From assembly GCA_977020255.1 (NCBI GenBank), contig CDROCS010004396.1:1-64000 (forward strand): a DNA stretch of 64,000 nucleotides. Direction: 5' to 3'. A program made the position numbers and the translations under genes. Positions 19,346 through 28,558 of this stretch are shown piece after piece. Positions within the stretch are counted from its first letter, which is position 1. Every line of letters starts with the position of its first letter. The notes under the pieces were generated by a model, which was not told the origin of the DNA, searched no databases, and saw only the letters and a list, made by a program, of their open reading frames with translations. This stretch comes from Obrimoposthia wandeli. Taxonomy: Eukaryota.

Positions 19346-21239
19346 TTGGAAAGATAGCATATCCGTTAGGATTAATGCCGGTATGTTGGTTATCCTTATC
19401 GCACTTTTTATGATTACGGCATTATCTTTTTGGATGATGGATAAATTTAGTTATTTATCTCTTGTTGTCTCTGAAAAGCAGGTTCCAGAATTATCTAAGT
19501 CATCAAATTTACATTTAGCAATCAAGAACGTACTGAGAAAAATGGATGCAATCCCTCACGTTAAAAGTAACGCTGAAAACAGGGTTATTGTGCAAGAGCT
19601 AAGTAATGAATTGCATCAAATCACACTCGCTATTGATAATATTTCCAAGGATAAATACAGTAAATTAATGCTAGCGATGACAAAAGAATTATTACCTATT
19701 GTTAATTCTTATAGCTTAGAAACGGATAGATTTCTTGATTCAAAACTAAATTTGCGTAAACAAATAATTGCATTGGATGATGCCTACATAACTAAGTTAA
19801 TGAATATACAAAGCCATCAAATGAGTGAAACAAGTGAGCTTAACCAGCTTTATACATCAGCACGCTCGCTTCCTGATTATCCAACTACATTTTTGTTTAA
19901 GCGTGCAAGAAGTAATATTATTAATAGAATCAAACAGTTAAAGCAAAAGGGTATTAACGACAAGCACTTTTTCGAAATTATTGATCACCACCAAGATGGG
20001 ATTATTGCCATACTTCAAGAGCAAGGCGATATATCGGTCAATTTATCAGTGTTAGAAACACAAACTAACGTCATTATTGAACAGCTTATCGCCATTTCCT
20101 TTGATAAAGTTAATGTTGTTAAAAACTTAGTAAAGGAAGGTACCCAAAAGCTAAATAATATTTCATCAAACTATACTAAAGGATTAGTCTCAATTGTTCT
20201 ATTCACCACTGTTTTTACCATTGCCTTCATATATTTGTTTCACCAAAGCGTCTCTAAAAGATTAATAGTTCTAGCTAGAAGTATCGGCACTAAAGAGAAC
20301 CGTAAAATGCTGACAAAAGAAACACGAGGGGGCTCTGAAATTAGCATCATTGCAAAATCTATCCTTAAGTATATGCTTAAGAATGAACAGCAAAAAAGTG
20401 AAATAAAAACCAACGCTAAGCAATTAATGCTGATCATTGAAAACTCCAATCAAGCAGTGATTATTTACAGCGGAGAGAAAATTGTTTACTGCAATCAATA
20501 TTCTGAGCAACTGCTAAATATAAACGCAATAAATAATACTGACATTATTTCTGAAAACCTACTCATCGCTATTAAAACTATGACCTACAAAGACAGGTTG
20601 CAGATAGATCAATGCTTTTTTCGTTTTTTCGCTACCGATATAGATTGGAATGGCAAAGCTAGTACACTTGCTTTGTTAATTGACATAACTGTTGATGTTA
20701 AAAAAGAAAATCAATTAATAAAAACACTTGAACAAGTTAAAGACGAGTCATTAACAGATACTTTAACAGGCCTCTATAACCGTAGAAAACTAAAGCCTTT
20801 TATTGATCAGCAGATAGGATTAAATTACGCATTAATTATGGCTGATATAGATTACTTTAAGGCCTTCAACGATTTTTACGGGCACGCGGAAGGTGATGTG
20901 TGCATTAAAAAAGTTGCAACGGCCATTAAACAAAGCTTGCGCACTGATGCTGATTTAGCGGTGCGCTATGGCGGAGAAGAATTTTTGGTATTATTAGTTA
21001 ATAGCACCATTACTCAGGCTGAGTTAGTAGCCAATAGAATACAGTCAATCATCCAGAAACTTGATATCAAACATGAAAAATCGACTCTTAACCATCTCTC
21101 TTTGAGTTTAGGTATCGCTCACTCAAGTGAAATTGAAAGCGGAGATTGGCAAGCTTTATTTGAAGTCGCTGATAAACGGTTATATCAAGCAAAAACAAAT
21201 GGCCGCGCTAGAATAGTCTCCTCTGAAGGGTTTAAATAA
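19335..21239 (+). CDS. Membrane diguanylate cyclase (TM-periplasmic-TM-HAMP-PAS-GGDEF)
   Basis: Two TM segments, DTLTGLYNRR, DIDYFKAFNDFYGHAEGD, RYGGEEF, ADKRLYQAK; overlaps the upstream gene by 11 nt. Confidence 0.93.
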   Translation: MRTNWKDSISVRINAGMLVILIALFMITALSFWMMDKFSYLSLVVSEKQVPELSKSSNLHLAIKNVLRKMDAIPHVKSNAENRVIVQELSNELHQITLAIDNISKDKYSKLMLAMTKELLPIVNSYSLETDRFLDSKLNLRKQIIALDDAYITKLMNIQSHQMSETSELNQLYTSARSLPDYPTTFLFKRARSNIINRIKQLKQKGINDKHFFEIIDHHQDGIIAILQEQGDISVNLSVLETQTNVIIEQLIAISFDKVNVVKNLVKEGTQKLNNISSNYTKGLVSIVLFTTVFTIAFIYLFHQSVSKRLIVLARSIGTKENRKMLTKETRGGSEISIIAKSILKYMLKNEQQKSEIKTNAKQLMLIIENSNQAVIIYSGEKIVYCNQYSEQLLNINAINNTDIISENLLIAIKTMTYKDRLQIDQCFFRFFATDIDWNGKASTLALLIDITVDVKKENQLIKTLEQVKDESLTDTLTGLYNRRKLKPFIDQQIGLNYALIMADIDYFKAFNDFYGHAEGDVCIKKVATAIKQSLRTDADLAVRYGGEEFLVLLVNSTITQAELVANRIQSIIQKLDIKHEKSTLNHLSLSLGIAHSSEIESGDWQALFEVADKRLYQAKTNGRARIVSSEGFK

Positions 21240-21336
21240 CTAGCTTCAACCTTTCTTAGTTAACAACTATTCATGGTTAATTGTTCCGACCTAGAGAATT
21301 TAACTTGATGATCTATGAACTGTTATATCATCAGAA

Positions 21337-22617
21337 TTAAATACTTCTTTTAAAGCCGCTTCTTGCTCTATCCTTGATATTGCTTTGAATATAGTTTTTA
21401 TCTGTTGTTTCAGATGAAGCATGGCCCAATTCATCGGCAAGATGTTTAAGCGGTCTAGAGCCTGCATCCTCAGTTGCTCCAGTATGCCTTAGCCAATGCG
21501 TTGTTGCGGCCATCAGATAATTAGCATCTTCAATAAAGCCATCTTTTTGTAAAGCTTTTATCGCATAATCAAAGCTTTGCTCTACAATCCTGCGTACTTG
21601 GCGAGAGGTCATATTTCCAGATCCACGCAATTTATTTAGCATCGCAGAATCCTCATCAGGCGAGGGTAGAGCTGATAACTGTCGATAAGTACGGTAACGT
21701 TTTAGATACTCTAAATAGGCTTGCGGCACGGTAACAGAACGAATTTTGTTACCTTTTCCAAACACAGTGAGATACCAAAAATCGTCATTATCTTTACTGA
21801 AATCAGACATAGTAGGTCGCCACTTTGCATGTTCTGATAACTCAGAAACCCTTAAATATAAAGATTTCAATGTCACTATAATAAATAAATTACGCTCATA
21901 CTGACTATCGGCATCTGCCATTTCTTTGGTTGTGCCTAATACGTATTCCCATTGCAATTCACTCAGTGTATCCGGAGTTTTGCGCTGTACCTCTTTAACT
22001 AAATATGGACAGCTCTTTTTTACTACCGGCACAAAGTTTTTATCGCAAACTTCCTCCATTTGTGCGTGTTGATAAAGCACACTGATAGCTGTGAAGGTAG
22101 AAATTAATGATTCTTGAGAAGGTCTATATTGCTCAGGGTTTAAGTTGTGGTTTTGATTTTTCTTAACCATCGATTTTGGCAATTTAACCACAAAAGGACG
22201 CCATTTCTGGTTTGCTTGAAAGCTCCCTGATGTCAATTTAAAGCGCTGCTGCACGGAAAGTCCAATCCAAGCTTTATCGGGCTTCCAAACAAATTCAATA
22301 TAAGCTTCAATGTCTGAACGGTTAACATTAAAAATAGCTTTATTTCGCTCTTGCCAACAAAACAAACACCAACGTTCAATTTCATTGCGAAACCGAATAA
22401 ACGTACCATCTGATTTTCGACCCATAATATATAGAAAGTCCAGAACAAATATGAGTTCAGTTTGCGCAGTTTCCTGTAATTCATTTAAAGAACTAAGAAA
22501 AGATGCCACACTAGGATATTCAGTCGCAAGCTGTTGCTGCTTAAGCAAAGATCGCTGGTTTCTAATTTCAGTAAAGGTGTTTATTAAAGGCGTTATCTGT
22601 AACATATAAAAATCCAA
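21337..22617 (-). CDS. Tyrosine recombinase / site-specific integrase family protein
   Basis: LYLRVSEL (R), GKGNKIR (K), HWLRHT (HxxR), LGH...NY (H/Y). Confidence 0.88.
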   Translation of the reverse strand: MDFYMLQITPLINTFTEIRNQRSLLKQQQLATEYPSVASFLSSLNELQETAQTELIFVLDFLYIMGRKSDGTFIRFRNEIERWCLFCWQERNKAIFNVNRSDIEAYIEFVWKPDKAWIGLSVQQRFKLTSGSFQANQKWRPFVVKLPKSMVKKNQNHNLNPEQYRPSQESLISTFTAISVLYQHAQMEEVCDKNFVPVVKKSCPYLVKEVQRKTPDTLSELQWEYVLGTTKEMADADSQYERNLFIIVTLKSLYLRVSELSEHAKWRPTMSDFSKDNDDFWYLTVFGKGNKIRSVTVPQAYLEYLKRYRTYRQLSALPSPDEDSAMLNKLRGSGNMTSRQVRRIVEQSFDYAIKALQKDGFIEDANYLMAATTHWLRHTGATEDAGSRPLKHLADELGHASSETTDKNYIQSNIKDRARSGFKRSI

Positions 22618-22861
22618 ATATTCACATAATTATAAGCAAAACGCAGTATAACAACATATATCACTATGTCCAATACTTAAGAGTATTGGACATAGTATGG
22701 CTTATTATGCACCTTCTACATTATATTGTGTGGTTTCCAAAGTTTTTTGAGACTGTGGCCCAGTCTAAGACTGAAAATGAGACTGAAAAGATATGCATTA
22801 AATTAGAATGCCTTGCAACTTTTCAACTAGCAACCAGATCTAAGCTAAAAGTCAGATCTCT

Positions 22862-22963
22862 ATTTAACAAGCAATGCTCAAAGTTGAAGGTACTTTATCT
22901 ACGAATAACTGTGGAGCAATTTAAGTAACAACTTTAGTAGCCGACTACAGTTACTTGTTAAAT
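22862..22963. repeat. attC-like imperfect palindrome
   Basis: ATTTAACAAG...CTTGTTAAAT terminal IR (RYYYAAC/GTTRRRY), internal AAAGTTG/CAACTTT IR, 102 bp; lone GTTAGGC core on minus strand at 22966-22972. Confidence 0.4.
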
Positions 22964-22989
22964 GGGCCTAACGGGACTTCATTATCTAG

Positions 22990-23670
22990 TTACCATTCGG
23001 AAGATAATCTAATTATTGTATATTTATTACTCAAATGGATTGCACGGCCATTTACCAGCTTTGCTTCAATTTTCGAATCCATATTAAAGTCTGTATTCTC
23101 ACCACATAGATAAATCTTATATGTACCTGAGTAAACTTTACTAAGCTTTAAGTAATTTTTAATTTCATTAAGAAGCCAGCCTAATACCACTGTCTTTTTA
23201 CCATCCATCTAATTTATTCCATATTTGAGTTATTAGAATATGTTGGATTTACTAATTTTTGATACATTAGATATATGTTTATTAACTGCTTCTCTATATT
23301 TTCAGCTTTATAGCTTAGAATTTCTTCTTCTCCTAACTATCCCACAAATTAAAAATTACCCGAGCAGCAGCATCTAAATTGGATAGCTTTTTGTCGTAAA
23401 GATATTGATAGAGAAATGTCACATGAACACTTCAAGCCAATGCAATACACTGTAATCAACTGCGTTATTAAGTGATCCAATTCATCATATAGAGATTCTG
23501 ATGAATTCAGGAGTTATTTCATCTTTGAAATATATGCGCACAATTTGAAATGCATTATTCGATGTACGCAGTCTTGAAAACTTATAGATTGAAATTTTCA
23601 CTGCTGACAACCGAAAACTTAGTATCAGCTTCCAAGATATATTGGATAAAAAGTATATGACTTTATTCAA
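22990..23670 (-). pseudogene. Eroded AT-rich gene of unknown family
   Basis: Successive protein-like minus-strand fragments in different frames (RIYFKDEITPEF; FLYQYLYDKKLSNLDAAARVIFNLWDS; LGEEEILSYKAENIEKQLINIYL; MDGKKTVVLGWLLNEIK). Confidence 0.35.
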
Positions 23671-24115
23671 TGCAACCTGGTATAAGATGTACTAATGGGA
23701 GAAACAGTTTCTTACGCAGAAATACAGAAGACTCAATAACTAGCGCCCTATTCAATCGAGCTGAATTGAATCGTTACCTTGATAGACGAAACTTTATGGT
23801 ACAGAGGTGCCATATAAAAAATTAGTCAGATTTTTAGTATCAAATTCAATGTAATAGATTGGCGAATTTTAAGTGAATTTAATGTTACCATAAATAAAAT
23901 AATATTTAAATTTCAATAGCTTAAGTTAATAACCGGATTTTAAATAGTATTTAATTATTTCCATATATTAGACTCATCTAGTGAATACACTAAATCATTG
24001 AGCATATAATATTTTAGTCTCAAAACTATAGACAGAAATTTCCTAATCCTTCCTAATCTCAAACCCTCAAAAAAGAGGTATTTTCGTTCGAGTAAGTAAC
24101 AACAAAACTATTGGC

Positions 24116-25018
24116 TTACAGTTGTGCATACGGCTTCGCAAGTTCTTCACCGAGCAAATCAAACACCATTCTCACGCGAGAGTTTGTATGCAATTCCCGG
24201 TGAGTAGTTAACCATACGGGATAGTTTATAGAGTTAAAATTGGGCAGGACTTGCTGCACTTTTGGTTCGAGATCTCCAATATCTTGCGGCATTATACCTA
24301 TGCCTAATCCTTGCTTGACCAGTTCCCAGTGTACGATAAAGTTTTCACTTAAATGGTTGAAATTCTCTGAGTTCAAATTCAAACCCATTTCCCTAAGGCC
24401 TTTTAGTAACATACCTGAACCATCAAAGCTGATAAAATTTGCCTGATCAAGATCCCCCGGCTCGATTATTTTATTAATACTCTTCAGATAACTTGGATTA
24501 GCGTAAAGTTTAGCATTAACGTCTTTGATTTTACGTGCTATTAGCTCTGGCTGAGTAGGTCGAAAATTACGAATTGCTATATCAGCCTCACGTTTTCGCA
24601 AGTCGCTTGCATCACTAGTCGCAATAATTTCAATGTTGATTTTTGGTTCTAATAGCCGTAATTTTGCAATAATTTTAGGCAACCAAAACATCGCATAAAC
24701 CTCACTTGCACTAATACACACATTACCTTCAAGCTGTTGTGATTGACCATTGGCAAGTAGTGAAAATTGACTGGCAGCCTCCCCCATCAGGCGCACTTCC
24801 TGTAAAAGTTCTAGTCCGATTGGAGTAATAGTGAAACCTAACCCAATACGCTCAAACAATACCACTCCCAGATCTTTTTCCAATGCGTGGACTTGACGGC
24901 TCAAGGTTGGCTGACTCATCCCCAGAGCCCTTGCAGCAGCAGAAAGCGATCCCTCTTCTGCAGTAACCAAGAAAGATCTGGCATGATTCCAATCAAATTT
25001 TACCGATCTCCAATCCAT
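24116..25018 (-). CDS. LysR-family transcriptional regulator
   Basis: EEGSLSAAARALGMSQPTLSRQVHALEKDLGVVLFER HTH; READIAIR. Confidence 0.93.
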   Translation of the reverse strand: MDWRSVKFDWNHARSFLVTAEEGSLSAAARALGMSQPTLSRQVHALEKDLGVVLFERIGLGFTITPIGLELLQEVRLMGEAASQFSLLANGQSQQLEGNVCISASEVYAMFWLPKIIAKLRLLEPKINIEIIATSDASDLRKREADIAIRNFRPTQPELIARKIKDVNAKLYANPSYLKSINKIIEPGDLDQANFISFDGSGMLLKGLREMGLNLNSENFNHLSENFIVHWELVKQGLGIGIMPQDIGDLEPKVQQVLPNFNSINYPVWLTTHRELHTNSRVRMVFDLLGEELAKPYAQL

Positions 25019-25035
25019 TTCTGTAACACCTCTAT

Positions 25036-25053
25036 CTATGCATATATGAATAG
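25036..25053. promoter_or_regulatory. Candidate LysR recognition site
   Basis: Near-palindrome CTATGCAT-AT-ATGAATAG in the divergent intergenic region next to the LysR start. Confidence 0.45.
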
Positions 25054-25148
25054 CTATTATAGAATAATACCATATTTATATTATTTTATGCATAGTCTAA
25101 ACTAATACCTCAAACATAAAATTACAATCAAACATTAAGGATAGAAAC

Positions 25149-25877
25149 ATGTCGGTCTTAGTAGTAGGCGCTAGCGGTGACACTGGACGTTTAGTCGTAG
25201 AGCAGTTATTACACAGTGGTAAGCGTGTGAAAATCATCGTCAGAAACAAGACAAACCTCAGTCAATATGCCCAAAAACATCCTCAATTAATCATCATTAA
25301 AGCCAATATATTGACTATGAGTGATGAACAACTCGCTCGGATAGTGCAAGATTGCTCTGCTGTTATCAGCACACTTGGACACAAACTTAGTTTTCGGGGG
25401 GTATTTGCACCTCCTCGTGCATTAGTCACGGATGCAACACAAAAGTTGTGCGAGGCAATTCTTAACCACAATGCTAATAAGAAGGTCAAGTTCATACTAA
25501 TGAACAGTAGTGGCGTACGTAACCCTGACCTGAATGAAATTATTTCTAGTGCTCAAAAAATGGTGATTTTTACATTGTGCCATATATTGCCACCCCATCG
25601 GGATAATGAGCAGGCTGCTACATATTTACGCACTAAAATAGGCGGGCGCCATCCGCAGCTAACATGGGTTTCAATCAGACCTGATGCGCTAGTGAATCAT
25701 CTGCAAGAATCTGCATATGAAATGCACCCCTCTCCAATACGCAGTGCCATATTTAATTCAGGTATCTGTAGTAGAATAAACGTTGCAAGCGCTATGCGGG
25801 ATTTAGTTGTTGATGACCTGCTATGGGGGAAATGGCAAGGTAGCATGCCGGTATTATATAATAGTGCCGAAATATAA
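25149..25877 (+). CDS. NAD(P)-binding oxidoreductase (atypical SDR / flavin reductase-like)
   Basis: VLVVGASGDTGRLVV Rossmann motif; WVSIRPDAL; divergent from LysR. Confidence 0.82.
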   Translation: MSVLVVGASGDTGRLVVEQLLHSGKRVKIIVRNKTNLSQYAQKHPQLIIIKANILTMSDEQLARIVQDCSAVISTLGHKLSFRGVFAPPRALVTDATQKLCEAILNHNANKKVKFILMNSSGVRNPDLNEIISSAQKMVIFTLCHILPPHRDNEQAATYLRTKIGGRHPQLTWVSIRPDALVNHLQESAYEMHPSPIRSAIFNSGICSRINVASAMRDLVVDDLLWGKWQGSMPVLYNSAEI

Positions 25878-26014
25878 TTGTGAGTGAAACCTCATTCTAT
25901 TTATCGTACAAACCAGACTTTCCTTTAGTGCCTTTTAGATCAAGTGTTTAGCTTTGACGACTGGCTTCTAGAGAACGACAATAGTATTAGAACATTTATA
26001 TTTTTGGAACGAAA

Positions 26015-26182
26015 ATGAATAATATAACTTGTACAATAGCGCTTGCTTTGTTGCTAACCATTTCTGGTTGCTCCATGAAGCAAGTAAACCAAGCTGTTTA
26101 TGATGGAGTTAAAGGTACTAAGTGCACCGAGCAAACTGGAAACTCCTTTTGTAGACCTGCAATGAACTCCAATAAACATTAA
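26015..26182 (+). CDS. Small predicted lipoprotein (55 aa, absent from the ORF track)
   Basis: MNNITCTIALALLLTISG-CSMKQVNQAVYDGVKGTKCTEQTGNSFCRPAMNSNKH; lipobox ISGC and a Cys pair in the mature part. Confidence 0.6.
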   Translation: MNNITCTIALALLLTISGCSMKQVNQAVYDGVKGTKCTEQTGNSFCRPAMNSNKH

Positions 26183-26568
26183 TTCTAGGTATTTTGACAA
26201 TAAAATCAATCTAGAGAGTTGGGCCATACCAAAGATCAAGCTTTGTTCCCGTATGCTGGCTGGTTCTTTTGTATAACAACGGTATTTATACATTGGTTAC
26301 TATGAGCTTATTGAGTAATCTTATACAGTTTGTGGTCAGTCTTGCTATCTCACGGAAACTTTTATAATTTCTTTCATGATAAATTGCAAAACTCTTTGAT
26401 CTCGCGTCTCAAGATGAACTAGTCTTAAAAATTCCAAGAAACCATATTATTGTTGAAGCTTTTGCGGCTATAGCCAAATCTAAAACTGAGGTAACGTATA
26501 CGCGATTTCAAGTTTATTAAGCCTGCTAAACTGTCAACAAAAAGTCACGAAAAATCTACCATCTGTAA

Positions 26569-27612
26569 TTAGCGGCGCGCCAGCAAATAACAAAAATAGC
26601 AGCCTCCCACTGCGCCAGTAAGAATACCAATAGGTAACTCTTGCGGTGCCAATAAAAGCCGAGCCATGATGTCTACAGCAAGCACAAAAACGGCCCCAGC
26701 CAGTGCACATAATGGCAACAATATACGGTTATCACCGCCCACAAACGCTCGCATAATATGCGGAACAACTAAGCCAACAAATCCAATAGTCCCGGTAAGC
26801 GAAACAATTGAGCTCGTTACCAACGTCGCTAATAGCAAGACAGTTATTTGAACTCGATTAACTGAAACACCCATTGCAGCGGCACTTTCTCGCCCCATCA
26901 TCATGGCATTTAAGTTTCGGGATTGCCAAAACAACACAACTACACCCAGTATAATGCACACACTGGGAATCGGGAGTAAATCCCAGCGCGCTCGACCAAG
27001 ACCGCCAAGCATCCAAAATACGATGGATTGTGCCGCTCGTTGATCTCCCAGAAAAATCAAACCGTTAGTGACCGCCATTAGTAAAAACGAAATTGCCACA
27101 CCTGCTAACACTAAGCGCTCTGGTCGCTGATTTTCGGGTCGCCTGATTAATAATAAGAGTAAAAAAAAGGAAAATAATCCGCCTGCAAAGCTAAACACTG
27201 GCATAGTGTAAGCACCTATTAACAGGCCGACATGTGAGATAACTAATACCGCTCCCATTGAAGCACCAGACGAAACCCCCAGCAGAAATGGATCGGTGAG
27301 AGGATTGCGGGTTACTGCCTGTAAAGCAGCTCCGCAAACCGCTAATCCTGCACCTGCTAAGATGGCTAAAATGGTTCGTGGAGCTCGTAACTCTATTACA
27401 ATAACCGCTTGAGACTTACGCCAAAATGGCTCAATAAAATTGACGGTCAAATCTGGACTAATACTTTGTAGTATAATACCAAGTGCTTGAGCAGGGCTGA
27501 TTTGACTAACACCTATCACCACACCGGTAAGTGAAAACAGTGCAATAAAAAGCAATAAAAAACCTGCTATTATGTGAGGCTTGCGAGCACTGTTCAATAC
27601 TTTAGCTTCCAA
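26569..27612 (-). CDS. FecCD/BtuC-type ABC permease
   Basis: ELRAPRT, TRNPLTDPFLLGVSSGA, GTIGFVGLVVPH, ELPIGILT. Confidence 0.9.
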   Translation of the reverse strand: MEAKVLNSARKPHIIAGFLLLFIALFSLTGVVIGVSQISPAQALGIILQSISPDLTVNFIEPFWRKSQAVIVIELRAPRTILAILAGAGLAVCGAALQAVTRNPLTDPFLLGVSSGASMGAVLVISHVGLLIGAYTMPVFSFAGGLFSFFLLLLLIRRPENQRPERLVLAGVAISFLLMAVTNGLIFLGDQRAAQSIVFWMLGGLGRARWDLLPIPSVCIILGVVVLFWQSRNLNAMMMGRESAAAMGVSVNRVQITVLLLATLVTSSIVSLTGTIGFVGLVVPHIMRAFVGGDNRILLPLCALAGAVFVLAVDIMARLLLAPQELPIGILTGAVGGCYFCYLLARR

Positions 27613-28558
27613 TCTTGTGCATTTTATTTGACAGTTTTTGTATCGCTTGAATATTCAGTGGTCCCGGGGTTATTTCTCCGTATTCAAGGGGTAAAAATCG
27701 CTCATTTTTAACGGCATCGAGGGTCGATAGCACAGGGTGGTTTTTGATAAAGTCCCAAGAAGACTTCCAACCCCCCTTTTGGTAATCAACTAAAATAAAG
27801 AACTCAGGTTCGGCGTCCATTACTGCCTCAATACCCACTTTACCCCAGCTGGTATCAATGTTATCCATTACGTTTATACCGCCAGCTGCTCGAATCAACG
27901 CCGTTGGCATACCAAAACGACCAGATGTAAATATTTTATCTTCGCCAGAGTCATAAAGAAATACTTTAATCGCCGGTTTACCTTGTAGCGTATTAGTGAT
28001 TTTCTGTAGTTTTAATTGCCATTCATTGGTCAACGCGACCGCTTTCTCTTTGACTCCAAAAACGGAGCCTAAGCGTAGTACATCTTTATAGAGCAGATCC
28101 ATAGAGGCATCAGCACCCGACTTACTTAAATGAACACAAGACTCAGAAAGCTCTAGCACGGGTACACCTAGTTTCCCTAAACTCTGCGGAGTGAGTTCAC
28201 CATTTGTTCGCATGCCGTAATTCCAGCCAGCAAAAAACAGATCAGGATCAACGCTTAGAATGTTTTCGGTGGTCGGGTTTTTATTGGCTAACTCGGGGAT
28301 GTCTCCACGATCTTTATCAAATTCAGGCGACGTTTTATACCAACCAGTAATCCCTGTCAAACCCACTATATTGTTTTGAATACCTAAAGCAAACGCCATC
28401 TGACTCATATTCTGATCATGAATGATCGCGCGTTGAGGTGCTCTTTCAAATGTAATTGTTCGGCCACAACTATTTACACTTACTGGAAACTCTGACGCCT
28501 CAATTAGCGGCGCTAGACTGCCTAGAAAGATGACGGAGCTTAGCATTAGATTACGCAT
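27602..28558 (-). CDS. Corrinoid/cobalt ABC substrate-binding protein (TroA/BtuF class)
   Basis: Signal peptide from ATG 28558, overlapping the ATPase stop; FPVSVNSCGRTITFERAPQR, PDLFFAGWNYG, RAAGGIN. Confidence 0.85.
   Translation of the reverse strand: MRNLMLSSVIFLGSLAPLIEASEFPVSVNSCGRTITFERAPQRAIIHDQNMSQMAFALGIQNNIVGLTGITGWYKTSPEFDKDRGDIPELANKNPTTENILSVDPDLFFAGWNYGMRTNGELTPQSLGKLGVPVLELSESCVHLSKSGADASMDLLYKDVLRLGSVFGVKEKAVALTNEWQLKLQKITNTLQGKPAIKVFLYDSGEDKIFTSGRFGMPTALIRAAGGINVMDNIDTSWGKVGIEAVMDAEPEFFILVDYQKGGWKSSWDFIKNHPVLSTLDAVKNERFLPLEYGEITPGPLNIQAIQKLSNKMHKIGS

Noticed and set aside
21337-22617. Calling the recombinase an integron integrase (intI)
   Set aside because: It lacks the IntI-specific insertion and the RHSFATHLL / DIRTVQELLGH motifs, so proximity to the attC-like site may be coincidental.
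22686-22928. 80-aa plus-strand ORF
   Set aside because: It runs across the integrase upstream region and the attC-like palindrome, with no protein signature.
26054-26293. 79-aa minus-strand ORF
   Set aside because: It overlaps the better-supported lipoprotein on the plus strand and has no motif.
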